Assembly: GCA_048940925.1 (NCBI GenBank)
Contig: JBHLOC010000016.1
Span: 1-64,000 of the forward strand
Direction of reading: 5' to 3'
Source: Promethearchaeota archaeon
Lineage (GTDB): Archaea; Asgardarchaeota; Lokiarchaeia; Sigyniarchaeales; SOKP01
Length of the DNA: 64,000 nucleotides
Shown: positions 1-8,906 of the stretch, piece after piece
Layout of the letters: every line of letters starts with the position of its first letter
Numbering within the stretch: the stretch's first letter is position 1
The notes under the pieces: model-generated
What the model was told of the DNA's origin: nothing
What the model saw: the letters and a program-made list of their open reading frames with translations, nothing else
Databases searched by the model: none
Program-made: the position numbers and the translations under genes

Positions 1-350
1 TGACAAGGTATTGCCGGGCAGCCACGCGCCAACGGATAAGTGCTGAAAGCATCTAAGCACGAAGCCGGACCCGAAAATAGTCAGCCAATCTCGATAATAG
101 AGGTTATGGAGTGTATTATGTATTTAGGTTGGTGTGGTTGGTAAGACGTCCCTGTGTAAGTCGTGATCTAACCGAAAAAAAGCATCATAATCTAAATGGA
201 TGGGACATGAAATAACGAGAATAGGGCGTGGTGACGCGAACTATGTATACGAGACGAGTGCACCCGTAAAAGACGGGGTTGGTGAGGTAGGGGTGTACGT
301 AGGGAGCTTTCGGGCGACCTATTTAGCCTGCTACTCTCAACAGCACGAGT
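1..350 (+). rRNA. rrl: 23S (LSU) rRNA, 3' end (domain VI), truncated by window start; includes an ~165-nt expansion at the H98/ES39 position
   Basis: Conserved GGATAAGTGCTGAAAGCATCTAAGCACGAAGCC (34-66). Archaeal-type terminal segment GAGTGCACCCGTAAAAGACGGGGTTGGTGAGGTAGGGGTGTACG...CGACCTATTTAGCCTGCTACTCTCAACAGCACGAG (256-349). GC content is far above the background. 3' end is approximate. Confidence 0.93.
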
Positions 351-460
351 GTGTGGTGTTGAAAGAGGAATACAAGGTTCAGGCTTAGAGTCTGAGGGTT
401 TGTTTACCAAATTGGTAAAATTTAAGACAAGTAAAAAAGGAGTATGTTCTTGGGCGTCGA

Positions 461-480
461 TTTTTATTTTTTATTTTATT
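461..480 (+). terminator. T-rich tract, likely terminator of the rRNA precursor
   Basis: TTTTTATTTTTTATTTTATT follows the GC-richer 3' spacer; oligo-T is the usual archaeal terminator signal. Confidence 0.4.
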
Positions 481-672
481 CATGAAACCATTTATATAAA
501 ATTTTTAAGATGGTTTGTTTCTAGAAATAATAAACCTTATAATCTCATCATTATTCATCCAGGTGTAAGTAAAATTACATTAAGTTTAAATTAGGTTGAA
601 ATAGAAGAACTAATTCAAGATCTTAAGAATTTGATTAAATAAATATCTACTCTTTATATTATATCTAACTTT

Positions 673-2184
673 TTATCTCATCGAGTTGCGATCAATGAAT
701 TTTTGATAGTCGTGAAGTTTTCTCAATACTATGGCTGCTGTTTCAAAATTTCCTCCAAATACCATGATTTTATTCTCATCATATACATCATAGATCGGGT
801 TGCCTAAACTGGGAGTCAATGAAATGTATATTATTTTTTTATCACGATGGTTAAGACACAATGCTATCTCATAATCTGCTACTTGATTAAACCTATCAAA
901 ACCTCTCATCGTCATCATTTCTTTCATTCGTTTCCCATATTCATTGTCTGGTTTCAACATTTGTATTCTTTCGAGAAAAGTGGCAGATGTCATAGTGAAA
1001 ATTACATCAAAACAGTCGGAATTTAACATCAACTCCATCACATTTTCAAACGCATCGGGATTATTTGTAGCAACCATATCAACAGGATTATTATGACTCC
1101 AATAAAATGGAAGGTGTTTTGAAATATCCTCTATAAGTTGAGGACCATTTGGTTCAGTATTTAAATCTACTACTTTGATTCCGTGTCTTTCGCACAGATC
1201 AGTAAGATGAACTACAAAACCACCTCCACCACTGATAATGCCAGCACGTAAAGGATCATTAGTTGGAAGCGGGAGTAGATATTCAGCACCTTTAATTAGA
1301 TAAATGAAATCCATTATTTGATCAGCTTGAATTACCCCTGTTTGTTTAAATATTGATTTATAAATATTTATTGAACCAGCAATGGATCCTGTATGGCTAT
1401 TAGCAGCCCTAGCACCAGTTTTAGTAATGCCTGCTTTAAGAAAGAGGATAGGTTTTCTTTTACTTGTTTCTGTGCATATTTCTTTAAATCGTCTTCCAGC
1501 ACGTAGACCTTCAGCAAAAAGTGCAATTACTCTTGTTTCATTATCTTGGGCATAATAATGTAAATAATCTTCTAAAATTAATGATGCCTCATTACCACTG
1601 GATACAAAATATCTGATTCTTTGTAATGCATTACATAATATTGTCCCCATTGTCCCTGACTGAGAAACTATTGAAATATTGCCCGGTTTTGGAAGCATAA
1701 ACCCAAAACCTAAGTGTAAAGGAGAATCCTTATCTTCTGATGTATAAAATCCCATAGAATTTGGACCAATAAAAATTAATCCTCCTCTTTCTGCAATTTT
1801 CACCAATTCTTTATTTTCTTTTTGTCTCTCCTCAGTTTTTACCTCTCCAAAACCTGCTGTGATTATTGCTGCTGTCCTGACATCATTTTCTATCGCTTGC
1901 TTTACTGAATCTATCACTGCATCTGGTGGAACGACAATTCCAACTAGATCTATCTTTTCTGGACACTTATCAAGAGAAGAGTAAACCTTATGTCCTAATA
2001 TTTTCTTTTTTTGATATTTTGGATTTGGATTAATTGGATAAATATTCTTTTTAAACCCACTGCCTAAAACACTTATTCCTACAAAAGAACCGATCTTCAT
2101 CATCTTATCAGTTGCTCCTATTATTGCCACATTTTTAGGATTAAACATAACTTTCATTAATTCTAATTTCTCTTCGATATCCAT
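673..2184 (-). CDS. ADP-forming acyl-CoA synthetase (acetate-CoA ligase family), alpha subunit (CoA-binding plus ligase domains, no ATP-grasp)
   Basis: FNPKNVAIIGA, IITAGFGE, IGPNSMG, SQSG, SSGNEA, phospho-His motif AANSHTGSIAG, NNPVDM. ATG at 2184 is preferred over the TTG at 2199. Confidence 0.88.
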   Translation of the reverse strand: MDIEEKLELMKVMFNPKNVAIIGATDKMMKIGSFVGISVLGSGFKKNIYPINPNPKYQKKKILGHKVYSSLDKCPEKIDLVGIVVPPDAVIDSVKQAIENDVRTAAIITAGFGEVKTEERQKENKELVKIAERGGLIFIGPNSMGFYTSEDKDSPLHLGFGFMLPKPGNISIVSQSGTMGTILCNALQRIRYFVSSGNEASLILEDYLHYYAQDNETRVIALFAEGLRAGRRFKEICTETSKRKPILFLKAGITKTGARAANSHTGSIAGSINIYKSIFKQTGVIQADQIMDFIYLIKGAEYLLPLPTNDPLRAGIISGGGGFVVHLTDLCERHGIKVVDLNTEPNGPQLIEDISKHLPFYWSHNNPVDMVATNNPDAFENVMELMLNSDCFDVIFTMTSATFLERIQMLKPDNEYGKRMKEMMTMRGFDRFNQVADYEIALCLNHRDKKIIYISLTPSLGNPIYDVYDENKIMVFGGNFETAAIVLRKLHDYQKFIDRNSMR

Positions 2185-2461
2185 CTCAATAATCCCCAAA
2201 CCAATAATAATTATTGAAAACTAATTTTCAAGTAGATGGATAAATTAAGAATTAAATGTATAATAATTTTCTTATACCTTAAAGTTTAATACATACACTT
2301 ACAAAACCTTATGATTAATTCATTTTTCACTTTTTTTAGGGTAATAATAGTGTTTTTATTAAAAAGAAATTTAAAGATATTAAGAATCAACTTTTCGTTT
2401 ATTATCTATTCTTAATAAATTTTGAAAGTACAATATCACAAAAACAAATAAAAAATTAAAA

Positions 2462-3952
2462 ATGGGTATAAAAATGAGGACAAAAGAAGAATATATGAAA
2501 GATTTAAGTAAAATGAAGAAAAATATATTTGTTAACGGTGAAAGAATTGATCGCTTAGACGAACAGCAATTACCATGCATTGATACAATCGGAACAACAT
2601 TTGATGTAGTTGAAGACCCAGAATATGGTGATTTAATCCTAGCAAAATCTCATCTCAATGGTGAAACAATTAATAGATTTACACATATACATCAAAATAC
2701 CGAAGATCTTCATAAAAAACAAGATATGACACGGAAAATATGTCAGAAGGTTGGTGGATGTATTCAACGGTGTATGGGATGTGATGCAGCTAATGCAATT
2801 TATAATGTTAGTTATGAAGCAGACAAGTCTAACAATGGAGAAACCAACTATCACGAGAACTTTAAAAAATGGCTAGCACGGTTTCAACAGGAAGATTTAA
2901 TCGCAGCATGTGCACAAACTGATGTAAAAGGTAATAGAATAAAACGACCTGCCGATCAAGAAGATCCTGATATGTATGTTCATGTTGTAGAGAGAAGAAA
3001 AGATGGTATTATAGTTCGAGGTTGTAAGCTTCACATTTCAGAAGCCTCTGTATCTGATGAGATTTTAGTTGTCCCTACTAGAGCATTAAGACCAGAAGAT
3101 AGAGATTATGCAGTTTCATTTGCCTTACCAGGGGACTATGATGGAGTTAAACAAGTAGTTACAATACATAATTTGCGTAAAAGAGAATATTTTAAACGTG
3201 GATTCATGCCTGGAGCTACAGACTCATATATTATTTTTGATGATGTTTTTGTTCCATGGGAACGAGTTTTTCTTTGTGGTGAAACTCAACATGCCGGTAC
3301 TCTTGCCTTACTATTTGCTCTATTTCATCGCCACAGTTATTCAGGTTGTAAACCAGCGATTGGAGATTTAGTAGTTGGGACTGCAGCTCTAGCGGCAGAA
3401 TATAATAACATTTCTAAAGCGTCTCATGTACGGAGCAAACTAGCTGAATTAATCTTGGTTACAGAATTAGGCTATGCTGCAGGATATACAGCTTCAGATT
3501 TAGGTAAACCAGAAGTATATATGCCTGGAGTAGGTTTTATTCCTTACGGTCCAGGTAGTTACATTCCAAATTCGATCTATTGTAATGTTGGAAGATGCAT
3601 TTCGGGCGAAAGTGTATTTCGTGAAGCTGAGATCATATGTGATCTTTGCGGTGGTATTCCAGCAACTTTCCCTTATGAACGAGATTTCATTAACCCAGAA
3701 ATAAAGGATCATCTTTATAAATATATTACTAGAAATCCTAAAATTTCACCCAAAAACGCAGCACAATTCTGGCGATATGTTGGTGATTCTTACGTTTCTG
3801 CTACAGGCGGCGTTCATCTCTTTGGAAGTTATCATGGTGGCGGATCCCCAGTAATGGAAAGTATTGCCATTACTACTCAATATGACATTGAATCCAGAAA
3901 AGACATGGTAAAGAAAATTGCTGGAATTGATGATGAATTAAATAAAATTTAA
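2462..3952 (+). CDS. 4-hydroxybutyryl-CoA dehydratase / vinylacetyl-CoA isomerase (AbfD/HpaB) family FAD, Fe-S protein
   Basis: GCIQRCMGCDA and HRHSYSGCK [4Fe-4S] ligand motifs, TDVKGNR, FDDVFVPWERVF, HGGGSP. Confidence 0.88.
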   Translation: MGIKMRTKEEYMKDLSKMKKNIFVNGERIDRLDEQQLPCIDTIGTTFDVVEDPEYGDLILAKSHLNGETINRFTHIHQNTEDLHKKQDMTRKICQKVGGCIQRCMGCDAANAIYNVSYEADKSNNGETNYHENFKKWLARFQQEDLIAACAQTDVKGNRIKRPADQEDPDMYVHVVERRKDGIIVRGCKLHISEASVSDEILVVPTRALRPEDRDYAVSFALPGDYDGVKQVVTIHNLRKREYFKRGFMPGATDSYIIFDDVFVPWERVFLCGETQHAGTLALLFALFHRHSYSGCKPAIGDLVVGTAALAAEYNNISKASHVRSKLAELILVTELGYAAGYTASDLGKPEVYMPGVGFIPYGPGSYIPNSIYCNVGRCISGESVFREAEIICDLCGGIPATFPYERDFINPEIKDHLYKYITRNPKISPKNAAQFWRYVGDSYVSATGGVHLFGSYHGGGSPVMESIAITTQYDIESRKDMVKKIAGIDDELNKI

Positions 3953-4107
3953 AACAAATTCAAGAGTAAATTTTATCTTTTTTTTTTTTACTTTTATTTT
4001 TATAAAAATATAGAGTTCGTAAAATATTATATTTTCAAATTAGGAAAGATCATAAATTTATAAAAAAAACCATTTATTCTGATCTAAAAAGATAGCTATT
4101 GTTCCTG

Positions 4108-4350
4108 ATGACACATTCATCAAATATAGCTAAATTAATTTTGAAATCTTGTATTGGGTGTGGTGTTTGTGTAGATATGTGTCCTACGAAAGCTATTCCT
4201 CTTACTATTATTGGCTACTTTTCTACTTAAACTGAAATAAATGAAAAAGAATGTAATGGATGTAGATATTGTGCTAGAATTTGCCCTCATCAAGCAATTA
4301 TATTATTTAATAGAAAAAATAATACAAAAAATGAAAAGATTTCATTATGA
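4108..4350 (+). pseudogene. 2x[4Fe-4S] dicluster ferredoxin interrupted by an in-frame TAA (4228-4230)
   Basis: Manual translation: MTHSSNIAKLILKSCIGCGVCVDMCPTKAIPLTIIGYFST*TEINEKECNGCRYCARICPHQAIILFNRKNNTKNEKISL*. Two CxxCxxCxxxCP motifs lie in one frame. Confidence 0.85.
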
Positions 4351-4441
4351 ATACATAACTAAAATCTTTTTAACCCCTGTGAGGTAAATTTTGTAATATT
4401 AGAAATAATGTTTAAAGTATAAGTTATCTGATTTATATTGT

Positions 4442-4735
4442 ATGCCAATATATGTACTTGCTACTAAACTTCAAAATCCTGATCTCGTAGAAAAAAGGAA
4501 AGAACAGGGAGAAAAGTGGTTAAGAATAGTAAGAGATAAAATTCCAGATATTAAATGGATTGCACATTACGCTATTTTAGGACCTTATGACTTTCTTGAT
4601 ATTTTTGAAGTAAAAAATGAAAAAGAAGCAGCAAAAGTATCACTTATTTCAAGGTCTGCGGGAGCGACTTTTGCAGAGAGTTGGACTGCTATTCCTTATC
4701 TAGAATTCCTTGAATTAGTTGATGGCTTGAAATAA
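4442..4735 (+). CDS. GYD domain-containing protein
   Basis: 97 aa with YAILGPYDFLDIFE and C-terminal ESWTAIP, typical of the GYD family. Confidence 0.8.
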   Translation: MPIYVLATKLQNPDLVEKRKEQGEKWLRIVRDKIPDIKWIAHYAILGPYDFLDIFEVKNEKEAAKVSLISRSAGATFAESWTAIPYLEFLELVDGLK

Positions 4736-4842
4736 TAAAGATTCTCAAACCATAGGACAGGAAAGTGAAGTAAATTTAATGGAGTCTATAGACTAAGTTG
4801 TTGAATTAGTTAATTTTGAAAGTCTATTTTGGATCTTGAAAT

Positions 4843-5268
4843 TTATATATCGGGGGATTTCCATCTTTCTTTATATTCATTATATCTTTCCCATAAAACA
4901 TCTGGATTGAAATCTTTTCCCTTTTGAATTGCTTCTATAAGAATTGCAGTTTGCATGATTTGGAACTCTTGACTTTTAAGATCTCCTTTATTTAAAAAAC
5001 GTTGTGTCATTTCTATTGATTTCAGAGAGTCTATTGATTTAACATTTCGAATATCAAGATAATATCCAATAATATAAGTGAATAGCAAAAGGAAAGGGAA
5101 AATAATTATGGCAATCCAAAGATTTATATTGTATGCTAGTGAAACTAAGGAAATTGCACTAATTGTTGATGTTATTATTGTATAGTATGACTGACCCATT
5201 TTCAATCGGGATAATTGTTTTCCTACAAAACTTGAGCTTTTGATTCTTTTAAATTTTCGTAATTTCAT
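4843..5268 (-). CDS. hypothetical membrane protein (2 TM segments)
   Basis: Basic N-terminus followed by two hydrophobic stretches; ATG start preceded by AGGT. Confidence 0.65.
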   Translation of the reverse strand: MKLRKFKRIKSSSFVGKQLSRLKMGQSYYTIITSTISAISLVSLAYNINLWIAIIIFPFLLLFTYIIGYYLDIRNVKSIDSLKSIEMTQRFLNKGDLKSQEFQIMQTAILIEAIQKGKDFNPDVLWERYNEYKERWKSPDI

Positions 5269-5670
5269 TGAAATTACCTATTTATAATATATTTTTTAAA
5301 TATTATCGTTTTTACCAATTAAATGATTTTATTTATTATTAAATGAATCTAAATATTATTATTAAGAATTCACAGTTATATGTATTCAAGCCTAAAAAGA
5401 AATATTAAGTTCGACAGGAAAGGGTATCGAAGTTTGGTCAATGGCTACTGATTTAGCATAATTTTACATTTTTCAAGAAGTATTCACTATATTAGTTCTT
5501 GAGGGAGGATTGGGGCATATGAGTAGTGTACACTCCCCAAATAAATCCGCATTTCTCAACAGTAAAATGAATATTGGGGGATAATGGATCTCGAGTAATT
5601 AAATCAAAATTTTTATTTTATTGAATTAAATGAAAAGAGTTAACAATATTTCTAAATTTTGATAAGACTC

Positions 5671-6558
5671 TTATTCATATAAAGAAGTACCATATGATAA
5701 TTTCTCATCTAACGAAATTGAAGCACTATAAAAACCAGACTCAAGAAACTTGAATAAGTCAAAAATCTGGGAAAAATTCTCATATACATAATCAACTAAG
5801 TGCTCAAAGTAAGCATAAAATTTACCATAAGGAATTGTATAATTTCTGAATTCTTTATAATTTAAATGTAATATTACGATTTTTATAAATTGTACTTTAA
5901 GCTTTTCTGATAAATTATCACATATATTGAAGAGATAATTACTACTATACCTCAAATCAATGAATAAAATTAGATCTATTAAATTTTTAATTATTTTGTA
6001 ATTATTTAGAGGAGATTCTAATAAATTTCTGAGTTGAAGTAAGATATTTTTCATTAGTTTTGAACCTGAATAATCAAATACAATATTTAATTCTTCTATA
6101 GTAAATGAATCAAAATACCCATTATAAAGAAAAAATTGAACCGTATTTATATTGCCACTTTCAAATCTTTTTACGACTTCTTCTTTAAAGACTCTTATTG
6201 CTAATGGATCTCCTACTTCAGACAGTCTTTTAAGCAATGGAAATGCTAGTTTGTTATGTAGAATCCGAGTATTATATTCATTTTCAACCCAAGCTTGCAA
6301 ATTTGAACAATGCCCAATAAATTCTTCTTCAGGAGTGAGAGATTTTCTAATTAAATGATCTAAATCCCCTGAAATATCAAGTATTTCAGCAGCATGATCA
6401 ATAGAATCAATTTTTTCAGTAATTTCAATTTCATCCCTTGAAATATTAAGTATTAAAAATTTACACTGTGTAAATAATACATCGTTTACATATATCGACG
6501 TATACCCATTTTCTAGTTTAAGTTCTAGATAATCATTTAGAGTATATTTTTGCATCAA
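5671..6558 (-). CDS. conserved hypothetical protein carrying the Lokiarchaeia-type N-terminal domain usually seen on LRR proteins
   Basis: LELKLENG..IYVN...QCKFLILNI...SIDHAAE...EEFIGHCSNLQAWVENEYNTRILHNKLAFPLLKRL..VGDPLA..VFKEE, recognised from memory of that family. Confidence 0.7.
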   Translation of the reverse strand: MMQKYTLNDYLELKLENGYTSIYVNDVLFTQCKFLILNISRDEIEITEKIDSIDHAAEILDISGDLDHLIRKSLTPEEEFIGHCSNLQAWVENEYNTRILHNKLAFPLLKRLSEVGDPLAIRVFKEEVVKRFESGNINTVQFFLYNGYFDSFTIEELNIVFDYSGSKLMKNILLQLRNLLESPLNNYKIIKNLIDLILFIDLRYSSNYLFNICDNLSEKLKVQFIKIVILHLNYKEFRNYTIPYGKFYAYFEHLVDYVYENFSQIFDLFKFLESGFYSASISLDEKLSYGTSLYE

Positions 6559-6653
6559 ATTTAATAGTAAACTTTAACATTTAGCTTTATTTTTTTTTCA
6601 TCTGAAAATATATTTTATTAGAAGTAAATTTTGTATCAAAATGAGAAAAAATT

Positions 6654-7052
6654 ATGAGTGAATTAAAAAAATTACTTTACGAAAAAATTCCTTTTTATTC
6701 GACTTTAGGTCTTGAATTACAAGAGATAGGTAATGGAATAGCGATTTTTGAAATCAATTTTCGAGAGGATTTAACACAAAATGGAGCTATTCATGGCGGG
6801 GTGTTGGCTAGTCTTGTAGATTCATCCTGTGCATGTGCTGCTTTTTCACTCGTGTTCCCTAAGAATTATATAACAACAATAGATTTAAATATTGAATATC
6901 TTAAACCTGTTTCAAGAGGACGAATAAAAGGAAAAGCTAAATGCATAAAAAGTGGAAAAAATATACTTTTTTGTAAAGCTAAAGTATGGAATGAAGAAGG
7001 AGACCTTATATGTACAGGTAGTTCTCAGCTTCTTCGTGTAGATCTTAAATAG
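6654..7052 (+). CDS. PaaI family thioesterase (hotdog fold)
   Basis: NGAIHGGVLASLVD, TIDLNIEYLKP. Confidence 0.9.
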   Translation: MSELKKLLYEKIPFYSTLGLELQEIGNGIAIFEINFREDLTQNGAIHGGVLASLVDSSCACAAFSLVFPKNYITTIDLNIEYLKPVSRGRIKGKAKCIKSGKNILFCKAKVWNEEGDLICTGSSQLLRVDLK

Positions 7053-7112
7053 TATTTCTAATTTTATATGATTTAAGAAGATTTAAAAAATTTATAATAA
7101 AAAGAATTTAAA

Positions 7113-7697
7113 TTATTTTCCACGGCCTTTATTAGTCCCAATACTTGGCCTAGTTTTTTCAGATCCCCAACCTTTCTTATGTAAACCTCGAGCTCTCTTT
7201 CCAGCAGAAGTTAAACCTCGAGTAACTCTTTTTGAATGTTGAGATTCTGCAATCCATTTTATTTTAGGGTCAGATTTGATTACTGGATGATGCGGATCTA
7301 CTAAAATTACTTCATAATACCAATGTTTACCATCTGAATAGACTTTATAACTATTTAAAACTTGCATGTTTGGGTATTTTCGCTGTACTCGTTCTTCTGC
7401 AATCCATTGAAGATTTTTCCCAGTAGTATATTTGGAGACACCCATTGCTCTTGGTTTTCTTCCTCGCTTTGGACGCGTTTTATGCATACTACCTTTTCTA
7501 ATTCTTGCTCTCACAATAATATATCCTTGTTTCGCCTTGTAACCTAGCGTTCTTGCTCGGTGAATTTTTGTTGGCTTTTCCACTCTTTGTATAGATTTTC
7601 CTTTTCGATATTCAATACCACGTTGCCAATAAGATGTTTCAAATCCTTTTTCGTGTTTTTCAAAGGTTTCCTTTATATAATCATATCCAGACTTCAA
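7113..7697 (-). CDS. rpl15e: 50S ribosomal protein L15e
   Basis: RARTLGYKAKQG, IAEERVQRKYPNMQVLNSY, YEVILVDPHHP, RGLTSAG; TTG start. Confidence 0.97.
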   Translation of the reverse strand: MKSGYDYIKETFEKHEKGFETSYWQRGIEYRKGKSIQRVEKPTKIHRARTLGYKAKQGYIIVRARIRKGSMHKTRPKRGRKPRAMGVSKYTTGKNLQWIAEERVQRKYPNMQVLNSYKVYSDGKHWYYEVILVDPHHPVIKSDPKIKWIAESQHSKRVTRGLTSAGKRARGLHKKGWGSEKTRPSIGTNKGRGK

Positions 7698-7908
7698 TTT
7701 ATCAATACACTATTGTATTTTATTATCTTTAATAATTTATAGAAATTAATTAATTTTATTATTTCTTAATTCACTTAATAGTTATTCAAATAGTTAAATC
7801 TTAAAATCTTCCTTTTGCTTCTTTAGAAATAATTTTAATAGCTCAAATAAATTATACATATTAATTATCGCTAAAATCTTTTATTTGTAAGGAGAATTGC
7901 GGTACCTC

Positions 7909-8388
7909 ATGGAAGAGAATAATAAAAAAAAGGATGAATTTAAAAAAGTGAATATTGAGGAAAATGATGGTTTAAAAATAATCTATGATAAAAATGAATT
8001 AAAAGATAAATTTCCTCATTTAGTTAAAGAAGTCTCTAGCAATCAAAGATCATTCAAAATTGATTCTGTTAGGATGGAAATTGAAAATACAAATGAAAAA
8101 AATTCTCTAACTTCTAATAACTTTTCCCCTGAAGAATTAATAAACCCTGGAGCAATAGATTTTATTAGAAGATGTACAGCACCTGAAGATGCTCTTGAAA
8201 TATTAAATTTTTTATTAAAAAGAAAAGAATTACCCCTTGCTGATTATTTATCATTGAAACATCAAATATTACAGGAAAATGGATTAATTAAATTAATTAA
8301 TAAATATGGTGGATTTAAAAGACCTGGATTTTATGAAAAAAAATTTGGATCTTTGAGAATAAAAAAAAGTGATAATCAAAAGGAGTAA
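7909..8388 (+). CDS. DUF2095 family protein
   Basis: KFPHLVKE, PGAIDFIRRC..EDALEILNFL, KRPGFY. Start is either ATG 7909 or TTG 7897. Confidence 0.7.
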   Translation: MEENNKKKDEFKKVNIEENDGLKIIYDKNELKDKFPHLVKEVSSNQRSFKIDSVRMEIENTNEKNSLTSNNFSPEELINPGAIDFIRRCTAPEDALEILNFLLKRKELPLADYLSLKHQILQENGLIKLINKYGGFKRPGFYEKKFGSLRIKKSDNQKE

Positions 8389-8444
8389 ATAGTAATTGAC
8401 TTAATTCCTAAAACAAAAAATATTAAAAAAAATTATAATATTAT

Positions 8445-8526
8445 GAGAAGAAATATGATGAGCTTATGACAAACCGAACTAATGCTCTTAGTGATGATTC
8501 TTGTCGCCCCAATCTGATTTTTTCTC
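8445..8526 (+). ncRNA. box C/D guide sRNA (2'-O-methylation); D guide predicted to target 23S G2251 (E. coli numbering)
   Basis: C box ATGATGA 8455-8461, D' CCGA 8474-8477, C' GTGATGA 8491-8497, D CTGA 8514-8517. 9-bp terminal stem GAGAAGAAA/TTTTTTCTC and internal ACTAA/TTAGT hairpin. Intergenic. Confidence 0.82.
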
Positions 8527-8558
8527 TTTAATACTACTGAATGGTTCTCCAAAATTCT

Positions 8559-8816
8559 TTATAAAGTATTTCTTTCTAATTCTTTTTTAAAATTATTTCC
8601 TTTTTCCGTTAGGAAATGCTCTTGTTTAATCTTTTTGATTAGTTGCAAATCAAGTAAGACAGGAATTCTTCCTCTAACGCATTCCATTGGTAATCCTGAA
8701 AATAATTTTATAGTTTCAAAAGTTTTTGCTCCCTTGTCAATTGCAAACAATATCTCAATTCCCATATATCCTAAGAGATTCTTTAAATCTTCGATCGTTT
8801 CCTCTCCATTAAACAT
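8559..8816 (-). CDS. small winged helix-turn-helix protein
   Basis: EILFAIDKGAKTFETIKLFSGLP...LLDLQLI...FLTEKG pattern. Confidence 0.65.
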   Translation of the reverse strand: MFNGEETIEDLKNLLGYMGIEILFAIDKGAKTFETIKLFSGLPMECVRGRIPVLLDLQLIKKIKQEHFLTEKGNNFKKELERNTL

Positions 8817-8906
8817 AATCTGTCAGTAATTACGATTTATACTAAATTAAAATTTTCAAATTTGATTGAAGAGTTGTTAGTTCATATTCTCAGAATTTAT
8901 TTATTT

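Noticed and set aside
192-594. ORFs 192-410(-), 200-388(+) and 349-594(+)
   Set aside because: They overlap the 23S rRNA and its trailer and have no protein motifs.
4228-4230. Selenocysteine or pyrrolysine recoding in the ferredoxin
   Set aside because: The stop is TAA and lies in the linker, not at a Cys position.
4756-5422. GACAGGAAAG direct repeat flanking the 141-aa gene as mobile-element ends
   Set aside because: Only 10 bp, with no transposase, integrase or terminal inverted repeats; could be chance.
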